This document shows, piece by piece, positions 29,302 to 47,232 of a DNA stretch of 64,000 nt. The stretch is from the human T2T-CHM13v2.0 reference genome, Homo sapiens: the NCBI RefSeq assembly GCF_009914755.1, contig NC_060931.1. One strand, written 5' to 3'. Position 1 is the stretch's first letter. Each line of letters opens with the position of its first letter. The position numbers and the translations under genes were made by a program. The notes under the pieces were generated by a model. It did not search any database and was not told the origin of the DNA. It worked only from the letters and a program-made list of their open reading frames with translations.

Positions 29302-29548
29302 ATAGGGGAAGATATTTTTAAACAAGATTTGCTTTTGACTAGTGTCCTGCATTTGTTAAAGACCCTAGATTGCTCCAGGTGTTCTAAAAATAACCAAGCC
29401 CACCTGCCTGCCTTCTAGATATGGGCTGGAGGGCCTGCCAGGAGCATTCTTGGGGATTGCCAGTAGCCCCAGTTAGCCCAGGCTGACTTACACTTCCTCC
29501 CTCTCTTAACCAAAATAATGTTGAATTTTTGTGTTCCTTGTCTTTTAA

Positions 29549-29987
<439 letters not shown>

Positions 29988-30235
29988 TGATAAGCGTGTG
30001 CTGAGCAAAACTCACTCCTTCCTTCTGGACACATTCATCACAGGTGTGCTCGAAGCAGCAAGAGCTTGCCCCTGCTCAGAAGTGCTTAGTTGCTAATTAG
30101 ATGTTTCCGCAAAGGTACTGAAATTGGAGGCATCAGTGTTCATCCTTTAGCTATAGCGTTGGAAAAATGTGATTGATTTACAACTGTGACTAAAAAGGTG
30201 TTTAGAGAACTGTTCTATGTAAAACAAGACAGTAA

Positions 30236-30576
<341 letters not shown>

Positions 30577-30875
30577 TCACCTTGAGTTCTGGGCAAGGGG
30601 AGAGGAACTGAGATTGGTCACTCCCTTCTTGCGTGGATGGCTGTGGGATTTGGGTGAGTTTTTTGCTCCATAGTGCTTTTCACCCTGTATTTTCTCATAG
30701 GTTTTGCCCCACTGGGGCTTTGTATAGAGATTGGGGCTCTCAGGTCCCATATGGCACTTACTAGCGAGAGTTCCGAGTGGCCAGTCCCCTCCCTGCCCTG
30801 GCATTGGTACAAGGGGGCCTTGCTGTTGGACCACAGTCTTCCAAGAGTCCAGCTCCCCTGTTCTATCGAGTCTGA

Positions 30876-31421
<546 letters not shown>

Positions 31422-31517
31422 CAGAGGGACTCTCTAGAGAGGCCCCTTGATCCCACAAGGGGCGGGGGTCTCTGGCCAGGCACAGCCCCTCCCCACTAAG
31501 CCCAGCACCTGGTGCCG

Positions 31518-31518
<1 letters not shown>

Positions 31519-31558
<40 letters not shown>
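31519..31558. repeat. (AC)20 microsatellite
   Basis: Read directly. Confidence 0.97.
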
Positions 31559-31560
<2 letters not shown>

Positions 31561-32095
31561 CCGCCCCCCGCTCCACTGTTCTGTTGTCAGTTGTGTTCGT
31601 TGTTTTCTTGTAAATAAACAGTATGACAATAAAGGGAAGTTACTTCTTAGCTGCTCAGAAGGTGACCAGAGCAGGGCTGGAGTGCCAGCCTTGCATTCAT
31701 TGTTTGCTTTATTGCAAGGCTGCTTGGAATTGAAGGGGATCTCCGTTCGAGTCTGAGCTGGAGGAAGGAAGGGGCTCCTGTACCATGTATAGAACTTGGG
31801 CTCTCCCCGGGGTCAGGGGCCTGGGCTCTGGTGCAGCCCCACCACTTCATCAGGTCACCCCAGGTGGTTTCAGCCTCTGATTTCTCATCCCTGGAATGGG
31901 GTGTTTGCAGCCTCGTAGGTTGCTATGGGGATTGAATGAGATATGTTCATGAGCCAGTAAGGCAGCCAAGATGTCACTTACATGGAACTTACATTGCAAC
32001 CCCAGTTTTAGAATAACATAGGATATTAAATATCACCATCTCCTTGAATACTCATAGTCCGCAGTTTGCTTCATGTTATAAGGTGTTTAGTTCTA

Positions 32096-32205
32096 GGCTG
32101 AGCCTGTAATCCCGCCACTTTGGGAGACTAAGGTGGGAGGATTGCTTGAGGCCAGGGGTTTAGAACCAGCCTGGGCAACATAGTGAGACCCCTGTCTCTA
32201 CAAAC
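32096..32205 (+). mobile_element. FLAM / AluJ left monomer
   Basis: Left-arm consensus. Confidence 0.8.
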
Positions 32206-33149
32206 TATATGTATACACGTATAAATTTTATAAAGATGTTTAGTTGTTCTGAATTTCCTAAAAAATACAGCTTAACTTTTTTGTCTTCCTTTACCTGCAC
32301 CTGGATGCAGTGGGAAAGATTTTCCCAGTAGCACAAGGTGGACCAGGTGAGCTATCCTCACCCAATGGGGCTGAAAGACAGGGCTTTGATATCCTGCCCC
32401 AGAGCCCGGCTGTTACCACATGGTTTGATTTGCGATGCCAAGCAGGCTTCCTTACGGGTCCACACACCTCTGGTTTTTAGCTTGAGATTGGGGCAGCTGT
32501 TCCTCCTCTGGCCCAGCCAGGTATAATCAGGTACAAAGGAAAGTGACCTAGAATGAAGAGGTTGCCCTGACCTGGTGGTGGAATTGGAGCCTGGGAGCAC
32601 GGGTCGGATGGCTTAGTTCATCTGTTTGGCAGTGGATCAAATCCCCCTCCTCCCACATACTTGATTTATGTGGACTGGGAAAGAATGTTGGGTTTCAACA
32701 TAAAGAAAACAAATTTGGCTGATAACTCGTAAATCACAATAAACTTTCATTCCAAGAGTGTTCTGGGCTTCTAAGAAATATATTCCTATCTCACATCTCA
32801 GTTGATATTCACAGCCACCATTGAGCTAGAGTCATTCCCAGGTGGAGAAACTGAGGCTTGGGAGTTATGCCTGCCTTGGAGAGGGATGGGGCTAAGACTT
32901 GGGCTCTGGTGTCCTGACCACCGAGCCTGGTTCCTTCCACGTGGTCTGATTCCTGGGATGTGAAGCAGCCATCCTCACAGGGCCACACACCTGGACAGGT
33001 ACACAGTGCAGCAAGTAGAGAGGCAAAGAAACAAGGGAATTGATCAGGGGTCCACACGCTTTCTCTAAAAGAGCCTGGTGCTACATATGTTAGTCTTGAC
33101 GGAGAAAGAGGCAAAATCAGGATATCATGTAGGCACTTATATAACCACT

Positions 33150-33256
33150 TTAAATGCAACCATTTAAAAGTGTAAAAACCATTCTTAGCTCATGGGCCAT
33201 AAAAATCCCAGCAGCTGGCTGGTTTTGGCCGGCTTGCCGCAGCTTGCTGACCCCTG
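33150..33256. mobile_element. MER58-type hAT-Charlie terminal fragment
   Basis: AAAACCATTCTTAGCTC...TTGCTGACCCCTG terminus. Confidence 0.65.
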
Positions 33257-33467
33257 GGAGAGAGCATCTGCTGCTATTGCAGGCAGGGGACTGCAGGTCA
33301 TCCCCCTGTTTGGGTCCCACTCCTGCCCGTCATTCAGGCTCTGTCAGCTTCTACCCAGAAGTACCTGGGAGTCGGGGGTTTTGCTGTGTCACAGAGAACT
33401 TGGCTCTCGATAGAGTCGGAAAGGAATTCTGGGAAAACTCTAGAGATGCATTAAAAAATCTCCACTG

Positions 33468-33858
33468 GGCCGGGCGCGGTGGCTCACGCCTGTAATCCCT
33501 GAGGCAGGCACATTACCTGAGGCCAGGAGTTCGAGACCGGCCTGGTTTTTTGTTTTGTTTTGTTTTGTTTTGTTGAGACAGGGTCTTGCTCCATCATCCA
33601 GGCTGGAGTGCAGTAGCACGATCATAGCTCCACTGCAGCCTCGAGCTCCTGGGCTCAAGCGATGCTCCCACCTCAGCCTCCCAAGTAGCTGGAACCACAG
33701 GTGTGCACCACTGCACCCGGGTTAATTTTTTTATTTTTGCAGAGACGATAGTCTCCCTATCTTTCCCAGGCTGGTCTCAAACTCCTGCCCTCAAGTGATC
33801 CTCCTGCCTCAGCCTCCCACAGGGCTGGGGTTATAGACGTGAGCCACTGCACCTGGCC
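33468..33858. mobile_element. Sense Alu left-arm fragment (33468-33545) directly abutting an antisense AluJ (33546-33858)
   Basis: Alu consensus in opposite orientations. Confidence 0.88.
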
Positions 33859-34496
33859 TCTTTCTTCTTGAGGCTAGTTTTCCTGACTGCGTGATTCCCA
33901 AAGCTTCACCCCACTGATGCTGGGTTCCCCTCCTCTGTCTACTCCACCTGCTGAGGCTGGGGCTCTCAGGGACACAGTCAGCAGCTCAGCCTCTGGAAAG
34001 ACCTGGAAAGATCACATCCTTCTGGGAACCTGCTTCTGGAGGCACAAGTAGTGTAGCTCCTCTTAGGCCCTTTCGATGAAGTAAGAGCAGCTCATTAGCA
34101 TCCCAGGCTACAAAGCCTAAAACCCTTTGCTTTTACCAAAACCAGAGGGTCTAAAGAGAAAGGTCACGAGGAGCGAGCGGCCGCGTGGATGAGGTTGGCC
34201 AGAGAAACTGGTTTGTTTTGGAAGCCGATGGAAGATGCGCTTGGAAGGCTAAGGCTGCCGAGGTTGAAGTCCGTCATTCTCAGTGCAGACCCTAGGGAGG
34301 AAGTAGCAGGACCCCAGTGGGGCTGCAGGCATTCAGAAAGAGAGCTGCCTGGGGTTTCCCTTCAGAACCTCCCTCCTTTTAACCCGGGAGTAAAGAGAAA
34401 AAGACCCGCGGGGTCCACTGGCTCGGAAGTCGGTCTCTTTCAGTTTGGAGCCTCCAGTTGGAAACCTGCCTTTTAATGGCCAGGCTGATGGTCTAG

Positions 34497-34905
<409 letters not shown>

Positions 34906-35952
34906 CTAGAATGAATTTTTCTTTTAGGGAAAATAAGGTTATTGGTGAATGGGTTTGGGCTGTCATCTTCAGAAACTGATTTCATCTAGAACAGTTTGTG
35001 ACGGGCAGATGTGGAATAAAACCACTGGATGCATCAGGCGTCACTGCCAAGGGTGCAAGGGGCTGCTCCATGCTGGGCGTGCGAGAGGAGCAAGAAGCCG
35101 TCCCCGCCCACCACGGTGCAGGCCGGGATGCAGCGGAAAGCCCTTGCTTCTTAGATTTCCCACACAAAAGTGTATTTCTTGTAGATTTCGCCAGCGCGGG
35201 CCTCCTCCTCTGCTTGGCAGTGGCTCTGCACGAGCTGCCTTGGGATGGATCTCTCATCTTTGCTGCTGGCCTCATCCAAGGAACAGACCCCATGCACGGA
35301 GCCTAGATGCCCCGAGGTCTTCACTGATGGCCCTCTGAATTTTTATTTTGTTTGTATTTCATTTGTTACTGATTGAATTTTTGAGACAGGGTCTCGCTCT
35401 GTAGCGCAGGCTGGAGTGCAGGGGCGCGATCCTGGCTCACTGCAGCCTCGGCCTCCTGTACCTAAGCCATGGCCCTCTCTGACTTTGAACCCCTCAGTTC
35501 ATTCTCAGATCAGACCACTCACTCACTGAGGCCCTCGGCTCTTCCACAGGTCTCAGCCTTTTGCCCCTTATAGTTTTTAGTTGTTGCAGCCTTTCTGTTC
35601 TCTTCCCCTCTCCTGTTAAGGGGACATTTCCAAGCACCCTGGCCACAGAACCTCCTCACCTCCCACCCTCCGCCCCTGGGTGCCAGGGCCTGGGTTCTCT
35701 GTGGAAGTCCTGCCAGCTCCGGGTATTTCCCACGTGGATTTCTCATCATCTTCACCACCAGATCAGTTCCTGGCCTGCACCCCTCCTGTCTGGCTTGTGG
35801 CAGGGGCTGCCACCCTCACCTGGGCCCTAAACTTCTACAAAGCCCCACTCTCTCCTGTTCCCGTCAGTCTGCTTGCCAAGTCCAGTTTATTTTAATTCTG
35901 GGGAACGTTGTCTTCCTCCTCCCCCCTCCCTCGCCACCACCCACCTCTGGTG

Positions 35953-36248
<296 letters not shown>

Positions 36249-37693
36249 CCACTTCTGGTTCTGTTACCTTCGTCCAAACTTGTATTTCCCAGCTGGTATC
36301 TTCCATCTCCAGGCTTTCCCCTCTGGCCTGTCCTTTAGCAGGAGTCACCTTCCTGAAGCAGACCCTGGTCTGGTCTCTGCGTACTACCTTTTGCATGGTT
36401 GGTGGCCGTCCACCCGCCTCTCAGGCCATGTCTGGGTTCTTCTAGGGGCTTCGGTGATCTGGGAGCCTGTCCCCGCTGGCCCCCTCTCCCATGTCTTACT
36501 CCATCAGCTTCACCTTGTTTGTATCTCTGGATCTCCTCTTTTTTCCTTCTGTTTGTATCTTGTCTCTTTCTAGAAAGCCCCCCCACCTCTACTCGCCCCT
36601 CTGTGGCAAATATCACCCAATTCAGGTGCCCCCAGCCCAGCAAAGAGGGATTTTCATTCCTTGGGCCCCCGTTGTAGGCTAGCTGCGCCTGTCTTTCGGC
36701 ACATTTCATTTCCTGCCTGGTATTTCGGTCGTGTGCGTGTCTTTATTCTCCTCGTGTAATCCCTGAGGTGCAGAGTGCGTGTCTGTCCTCCTCTGCCCTC
36801 TCTAGAGATTGGGATATGACCAGTGTTCAGCCCCCAACCAAAAGAGCCTAAGAACCCCAGGTCCCCAGCCTGTCCTGCTCTGCTGGGGGCCCACATGCCT
36901 GGGGACAAGGCACCTTTCCTTCCCTGACCTTGACTAGGACAGGACATGGGGTAGGGCCTGAACATTGAGCAATTGTCAAACTGCCTACTTACGATGAACA
37001 AAATAGCTTTTCAGGAGGCGAGACCACAGCACAGTCATGGTGAATCCTGATGCGCACCCCAGGTCTTTTATCAGGATTTTTGTTTTTCCTGGTGGGCACA
37101 GATGTAGGTGGAGCAGATCAGAGGCCTCTCAGGTTCTTGATCACTCATGGCAGTTCAGGCCTGCCAGTAGTGAGGTCAGAGATCCATACAGCAGGGGAGA
37201 GAAGGGAGGTACAGGGAACCCTCGGCCCCGCGTGCTCCAGCAGGTCTGCATGATTAACCTGAATTGCAGTGTTCAGAGGCTCGGCCTGCCAGCCACAGCG
37301 GTTCCAGATGAAATGCAGCTTAGAAGGCAGCATGGTGTAGTAGCTTTGGCGCCAGCCGCACCCAGAGTTTGGATTGTAGCCAGATGGCCTCAGGTGCAAT
37401 GTATAACCTCTGGGAATTCCAGATTTCCTATTTACACGACAGGGATGATTCCATACCTGAAGGGCTGTTTGGAAGCATCTAGAAGCAAGCACAGTGGAGT
37501 GGCTGTCATGACGCTGACCGCACAAATGATGGTGTTAGGATCCCTCCACGGATGTGGCCAGGTGACACCCCTCACCTAGGCCGCACAGCACCCTAATGTA
37601 CACACTGAAGAAAGGCTGCGTGGGGCTGCAGAGCGGCTCATTTCTAAGAAGGCCAAAGAAATTGCTCAGTCCAGACCAGGGAACCCAGTTTCT

Positions 37694-37815
37694 CTTTTAG
37701 AGGTGGGATCTTGCTATGTTGCTCAGGCTGGTCTCGAACTCCTGACCTCAAGTGATCCTCCCGCCTTGGCCTCCCAAAGTGTTGAGATTCCAGGCATGAA
37801 CCACTGCACCCAACC
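37694..37815 (-). mobile_element. FLAM / Alu left monomer
   Basis: Left-arm consensus. Confidence 0.8.
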
Positions 37816-38336
37816 TGTAGCCTCTTTCTACAAGTAAAATAATTCAGGTGAGTTCAGGCCCACGCCAGGTCTTAAACCCTGGCCCTCTGCCCATCTTCCA
37901 GCCTCCACCCCTTCTCTCTCCTTACAGAATCTTCTGTTCTTCTGCACACCAGCGTGGCAGACAGGTTGGCCAAGGGCCTTGGACTTCTTTATCTCTAGTA
38001 CATGTTCCTGTAAATTTAAACCTCCTCAGTTGGGTAAAAGCTTTGGAATTACTAACATTCCTTTTGTGCTGCCTAACGTTCTTGCCATTTAAAAGATTAG
38101 CAGGCATAATTTCAGTGAGCCTTCGTGACTGGCGTGCCTCACTTAGCTTAATCCCTGGTTGGTACATGTTAAAACCTATAAAGACAGCCTCTCCAGCACA
38201 CATGGGGAGCTTGAAAATGAAAGAAAGGTTGCTCTGACCTCTCAGAACTGCGGACTTCTTAAAAAAGAAAGAGTGAGGTGGGCGGCCTCCCTTGCTGCCG
38301 GTGCTAGATTCCATGATATGAAACAGCAAGGGTGCA

Positions 38337-38640
38337 GCTGGGTGCGGTGGCTCATGCCTGTAATCCCAGCACTTCGGAGGCGGGGGTGGGCAGATCACCT
38401 GAGGTCAGGAGTTCGAGACCAGCCTGGCCAACATGGTGAAACCCCGTCTCTACTAAATAATACAAAAATTAGCCAGGCATGGTGGTGAGTGCCTGTAGCC
38501 CCAGCTACTCAGGAGGCTGAAGCAGGAGAATCACTTGAACCCAGAGGTGGAGGTTGCAGTGAGCTGAGATCACGCCACTGTACTCCAGCCTGGGCAACAG
38601 AACAAGAAGACTCTGTCTCAAAAAAAAAAAAAAAAAAAAA
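38337..38640 (+). mobile_element. AluS
   Basis: Alu consensus. Confidence 0.92.
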
Positions 38641-39051
38641 CTGACTTGGATATGTGCTTACATAAGAAAGGGAGATTCACCAAGTGAACCATGCATAGCA
38701 TCTCTTAAATCTGTATCATGGAATTCGTGATTGGGCCTCTCTTTCATATCAGGCAACATACATGTGATGTACATACCTGTAGCTTCCGGGAAAGGGAAGG
38801 AAGTAGAGATGACATTGTCTGTTACTCGTTTGTATGTGTGTGTGCGTATTTAAGTAAATATGTGTGTGCATAGGGACATGTCACATGCATGTGTGGCACA
38901 TTTATAGGATGAAGAGGTGTCTAAAAGACATTGAGGAAACTCAGTGAAGGAGTTCTGCCGGCGGGCGTGAGGACCACGCTAAAAGATGCCGGTTGTGCTT
39001 TGTGTCTAAGCTGAAAGCATGGATATCATTTTATAAAAGTAAAATTATATT

Positions 39052-39355
<304 letters not shown>

Positions 39356-39678
39356 GTAAAATTATATTGTTATTGACGGTCTCTTTGTTCGAGTAAGCCG
39401 TCTCTGGATATATCATTGTATGGTGTATTCATGCCAAGGATTTGGTGTGAGTCTTGAAGCATTCACACCAAATTGTGGCCAAGCCCAGCACTGAGAGCGC
39501 AGTGGGCGTTCGGAGGACACGTTTGGATTTTGTGATCCTCTGCCTGGCAGGAGCTGCTCAGCCCCTACAGCCCCTTCCCCGAGACCACCAATGCGTTTCT
39601 CTTCAGTTTTGCTATTCTCATACGCTGGTGATGGGATTTTGGAGACAAACATGGTCTCTTCTGCTTGCTTGCTTGCTT

Positions 39679-40710
<1,032 letters not shown>

Positions 40711-41932
40711 TTCAGTAGCTTTTAAAGGTTGTAGCTGAAGATTTTGTACTTGTCACATGGGGGAATATGATAATGAAAGCAGAAGATAGACTAGTCACTC
40801 TACTTTTCCCAGCGTCCTCTCTGACTGGACTCTTTGAAGGTACTGCCCAGGGTCATGAAGAGATGGCCCTGGCTGCTTCCAGAAGGTATACATTCCCGTG
40901 TCCACTCTGTGTCCTGGAGAGTGGGGGCGGGGGGAGGGGGTTGTCCGTCTTTGTATCTCTGTCTCTCAGTACAAATTTAATGAAGGAATGAATCAATGAA
41001 TGAATGAAGCAAGCATTCCCCCAGAGAATTCTTAAATCATCTTAGCCGGTCATGGAATTTCCCAGCAAGTCAGCTTTTAGAATCCTGAAAATATTTTCAG
41101 TATTCATCTCTTTAAGGAATATATCAAAAGCAGTCAGCACCAACCACGGTTTTTCAGCTGATTCCCAAATGTGTGATAAGAAACACCTAATTCCTTGGGG
41201 GAGAAAACTTGTTCAGGTTAAATTCTTGCGGTAATCCTTACGGCCCTGTGGTGTTCGCTAAGATGTAGCAAGAATGTAAATAGCTAGGTACTTTGATCTA
41301 CCTCAAATACTTACTAGTTTAAACATTCTGCCATTCTGCCGTCATACCAAAAAAAAAAAAAAAGCACCATCCCAGGGTTATGAATGACGTTACTGTCTTT
41401 GGACATGCTGTCTTGTGTGGCTGAGACGTAGATCAAGAGAAATTTGTAAGAAAGACAATAAGGTACAAAAATCGCCGAAGCTAATGTCAAGATGGAGATA
41501 AATAGATCTATATTTGCCATATATGGTAGTAAAAGAAAAGTCTGTGCAAATTTGCTCGACATTTATGGACTTCTATGATTCATCTACCAGGGCCAGCAGC
41601 TCCAGCCAAGAGATATAGAATGTCTTCAACTGTATTTCTTTCCTAAATTGTTTCATTACAAAGAAGCCATGTTGTGTATTCAGAAGAAAATTCCAGGACC
41701 GCATGAAAGTCACTATTTGGGAACAGGCCTGAGAAAGCTTGCTTAGAGGAATTCCAAAAGTATTCAAAAGGCAGTTATTGACCAAACACATAATAATTCT
41801 CTAAGCATCAACAATTTTCCATAGATCCAAGCTCACATATACAGCGTATTTTCTGTGGCTAGTCACTCCAGAAATAGAGGGTTCTCTGCTTTCTTGACTG
41901 ATTGACTCATATGCAAACGCTTCTCATTTCAT

Positions 41933-42239
<307 letters not shown>

Positions 42240-43376
42240 TAATCTGTTATTGAGTAAGGTGCAATTTGTGGCTCCATATACAGGGACAGGTTGCAAAACA
42301 GGTACTGAGCCGTGTGTATCCTTCAGGTCCAAGCAGCTTCTAAACTGTGTCTATCTCTGTTCAGGTCCCTGGAACTCTCCTGGGCAGCAAGCTCACAAGA
42401 GACCGACCTCTGTGGCCTTCGAAGCGGGTTGCTGTTAGACACACCTTTTAGAAGCTACATTCATAGTATCTCAAAAGACAGACATAAGGGGTACTCGGTA
42501 TGGCCACCACTCACTCCCACAACACAGCCACCATTTCCCACCCAGAATTTCCTGTGAAATGTGCTCATTTTAAAACAGCACACATCCTGAGAATTGCAAA
42601 GTTGGGCATAGAGATCAATACAAATTAGACTTCTTTTTAGATACGCTCTACGCTCTGCAGAGCCCTCTGGGGTCTCCAAGGGCTGGGACCTGCTGGATAA
42701 AACTGGATGAAACTAAGTTGCTGCTTCTTTGGTGCCCTTGAATGGACTTTCTTGGCTGCAGTGACGTTAGGTCCGCTTCCTAGCCGCGTGCTGCTCTGCC
42801 ATCGGGGATGCTAAAGTCGGGGAGGGCCAGGAAGCCTTTCTTTGCTTGGAAGTTTTTGTTTCTCCTTCGCCTGCTAGGTTGGGATAATCCGTTGGGAAGT
42901 CTCTGAGCGTCTTTAAACATAAAATCTAGTTTCAAAGGTTTAAATTCCCAAGTTGCCCCCTAAGTTACATGTTGCTTAGGCTTGGTTGCTATCTGTATGG
43001 TATAAATAATTCCATTTAGAAATTAAGAAATTATGGGCTGCATTTTTGATGCCAGTGGCTCTGTAGTATCCCCCAACCACCAAAAAAAAAAAAAAAAGAA
43101 AAAAAGCATCTAAAAATTGTGAGGTTACCGCTTAGCTCTGTCTTTCTGGCTGCACATGGGTTACCAGGTGCCTTGCCAAGACCCTGCCTCCGTGTCCACC
43201 ATGCTTTGTGTCTGCAAGTAGATTTACCCATCGTTCATTATTAATTATTCCTCTGAGCAGCTCTGTGAAGCTAGTAAATATTAATAAACAATATGTGCTG
43301 ATTATGAACCTAAGACAAAAGGATGTCTTTTTCAAGCTGCTTAATTTTAGGTAAACTAGTTGCACACAAGCGATGA

Positions 43377-43750
<374 letters not shown>

Positions 43751-44034
43751 GAAAGGATACAGTTTATTTAAAGACAAAGGAAAAAGAAAAACCATAATTG
43801 TGTTCACTTAGAAACATCTCCCATTTCATACTGATGTCTTTCCTGGTGGTGGTGTCCAAATGCTTATATGTGTGTGAGATTCATTGTTACCATGTTGGGA
43901 TCAGACTGTAAACAAGCTTTATAAAAGTTCGTGGCTCCTTTCACTCATCCACCCGCTATGCATCGTCCAGATCTGAGTTCACGTGCTCCTTCCCCAAAGG
44001 AGCCTTCTCTCCTGTCTAGGGTCAGGTCTGCCTC

Positions 44035-44470
44035 TTTTTTTCTTTTTCTTTTTTTGGAAGCAGGGTCTCACCCTGTCACCAGGCTGGAGTGTGGTGGCGC
44101 GATCACGACTCACTGCAGCCATGACCTCCTAGGCTCAAGCAGTCCTCCCACCTCACTCCCAAGTAGCTGGGATTACAGGCACATGCCACTACACGTGGCT
44201 ACTTTTTAAAATTTTTTTGTAGAGATGGGATCTTGCTCTGTTGCCCGGGGTGGTCTCGACCTCCTAGGCTCAAGCGATCCTCCCTTAGCCTCCCAAGTAG
44301 CTGGGACGACAGGCTCATGCCACCACACCCAGCTAATTTTTTTGATTTTTAGTAGAGATGGGGTCTGGTTATGTTGCCCAGGCTGGTGTTGAGCTCCAGA
44401 GCTAAAGCAGTCCTCTCGCCTTAACCTCCCAAAGTGCTGGGATTACAGGCACATGCCCCTGTGCCCGGCC
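44035..44470 (-). mobile_element. Three-monomer AluJ-type element
   Basis: Three arms separated by T-rich linkers; one TSD pair AGG(TC/CT)TGCCTCTT. Confidence 0.8.
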
Positions 44471-45244
44471 AGGCTTGCCTCTTAAACTCCCTTCGCTCCA
44501 CATGCCCTTCTGCAGCACCGGCCACAGATAAGTGTCATCCATGCTGGTGGTGATTTGACTCATGTCTCACCTGCCACACAACAGAGGCCCAGGAGGCACA
44601 GCAGCCTGTGGTCTCTGCTCATGATTGAAGGAGCCCCTAAAACAGGGCCGGAAGGCCCAAAATAGCCACTCAACAAACATCTGTCGCATAAATGGAAGTC
44701 ACGTGCCTCATTCCAAGTCTTTGCTGTTCTTCAAAAAATAATGGTACTCCAAAAAATAATGATACTCCAGATTACACTGAGCCATGACCACACCCCTGCA
44801 CTCCAGCCTGGACGACAGAGCGAGACCTCGTTCCTTACAAAGAATTATACTGAGTACCTAATATGCAATTGCATTGCTTTAGTAGAATTCTCTCATAAGT
44901 ACTCCCCTGGTGTCGGAATCCACATTGTTCCCAGTTGTTCTCTGTTCTAAACTCATGCTGAACATTCTTGTGCATAAATCTCTGCCTACATCTCTGATTA
45001 TTCTTACGGATAGACTCCTGAAAGTACTAAGAGGAAGGATTAATCTGCGTTCTGATTTTAAACAGCCCATTTGTCTAAATATTAGCAGGGCCTAAGATCT
45101 GGAATAAATGACACAGTGGCAAAAGTCGGAGTCACACGTCCTGGTTGGTTTCAGAGAGTCCTGGGGTGAAATGGTGCCTTTGGGGTCCATCCCTGTCTAG
45201 CACAGGAGTCCCCTTTGCAGCAGTGTCCATAAAACGTTAGCTTG

Positions 45245-46076
45245 GGCTGGGTGTGGTGGCTCATGCCTGTAATCCCATCACTTTGGGAGGCCGAGGTGGG
45301 TAGATCACCTGAGGTCAGGAGTTTGAGACCAGCCTGGCCAACACGGTGAAACCTTGTCTCTACTAAAAATGCAAAAATTAGCCTGACGTGGTAGTGGGCG
45401 CCTATACTCCCAGCTACTCAGGAGAATTGCTTGAACCTGGGAGGCGGAGGTTGCAGTGAGCCAAGATCGCACCACTGCACTCCGGCCTGGGGGACACAGA
45501 GAGACTCCATCTCAAAAAAAAAAAAAAAAGTGAGCTTGGTGATGAGTCTGGGAAGAGCATCTCTTCATTCATTCAGTCCACAAGTATTCACTGTGTCTGC
45601 CCCGAACCTAGCACCATCCTTTGGCCCAGGAATAGAACGGAGGAATGTACATCTCCTCAAATGTCTCCTAGAAATTGAGACCTCACCATTCTCGCTAAGC
45701 TCCCTGAGGGCAGGGACTGTGACTGTCTCATTCACTGCTCGTAGTTAATGCTCAAATGGTTTTTGAATAAATTAAAATACAATATGTGGGCCAGTGCGGT
45801 GGCTCACGCCTGTAACCCAGCGCTTCGGTAGGCCGAGATGGGTGGATCACCTGAGGTCAGGAGTTTCAGATCAGCCTGGCCAACATGGAGAAACCCCATC
45901 TCTACTAAAAAATACAAAAATTAGCCAGGTATGGTGACACACACCTGTAATCCCAGCTACTCAGGTGGCTGAGGCATGAGAATCGCTTGAGCCTGGGAGG
46001 CGGAGGTTGCAGTAAGCCAAGATCACACCACTGCACTCCAGCCTGGGCAACAGAGCGAGACTCTGTCTCAGAAAAA
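45245..46076 (+). mobile_element. Two sense AluS elements (45245-45529, 45789-46076) flanking an L2-like remnant
   Basis: Alu consensus. Confidence 0.88.
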
Positions 46077-46187
46077 CATGTGGTTCCTCTCTTTGACAAG
46101 TTCCAAATCTATTGATGTAATTGATGTATAGATACATCAGTAAATCACAGATGTATTTTCAAAGTTCTGAAATGTAACTAGAGATTT

Positions 46188-46483
46188 GTTTATTTTTGAG
46201 ATGAAGTCTTGCTCTGTCACCCAGGCTGGAGTGCAGTGGCATGATTATAGCTCACTGTAGCCTCAACCTCCTGGGCTCAAGTGATCCTCCCACCTCACCC
46301 TTCCGAGTAGCTCGCACTATAGGCACTTGCCACCATGCCTGGGTAATTTTTTTAGAAACTTTTTGTAGAGCAGGAGTGTCCCTATCTTGCCTAGACTGGT
46401 CTTGAACTCCTGGCCTCAAGCAATCCTCCTGTCTGGGCCTCCCAACGTGCAGGGATTACAGGTGTGAGCCACTGTGCCCAGTC
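46188..46483 (-). mobile_element. AluJ
   Basis: Alu consensus. Confidence 0.9.
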
Positions 46484-46904
46484 AGAGGTTTCGACATGAG
46501 CAGTTATTCAGAAAGGGACCTGGAAGAATATTTTGAAATCAGACCTAGAGTCAAATCAGACTTATTTAAGAGAATTAACCAATGGAGCCTGAATTTGGCT
46601 TCTCCCATTTCCTACCACTGATCCCCTGGCCATGAGGACAGTCCTGCAGGAAATTCCTGTGCCAGGTGGGCTAGCCCAGGACACATGGCTTTGGAGACTA
46701 GGCAGGGAAGATCCAGCCCAGGGTACTGGAGCTGGCGCTTGCATGCCCCTCTCACTGGGGTGTCTGATCCCCAGATGCCAACGAGGCTCTGGCTGTCCTG
46801 TCTGAGCTGCCCCTGAGGCCACACACAGGATCTCAGAGTGGACAAACAGCCTTTCCCTTGACAATGAGCAGTTCTCAGCTCTGAGACCAGAAGAAGCCTT
46901 AGTG

Positions 46905-47232
46905 CAACCATTTCTCAAAGTTTCAGTCTCTTAAAATTGAGGACTCCGGAGAGCTTGAGTGCGTGCGTGCGTGCGTGCGCTGTATCTCTCAGTATTGACT
47001 GTGTTAGACATGAAAGCTGAGGAGTCTGCAAAGCACAGGAACACACAAACACACGAGCCGCTGGTGTCAGAGTGAGGCTATCATCACACATCGCAGGCAT
47101 CTGGAAAACTCCACTGTACACTTGCGGGAGAAGGCGAGGAAAAGGCAAGTAACAAGAATAGTTTTGACCTTGTGGATCCATGAAAGGATCTGGGGAGCCG
47201 GGAGTCCCCAGACCCTGCTTTGAGGATCGTTG
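46905..47232 (-). mobile_element. hAT-Charlie-type non-autonomous DNA transposon
   Basis: Imperfect TIRs (CAACCATTTCTCAAAG / CTTTGAGGATCGTTG) and an 8-bp TSD (C/G)CTTAGTG with central TA. Confidence 0.65.
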
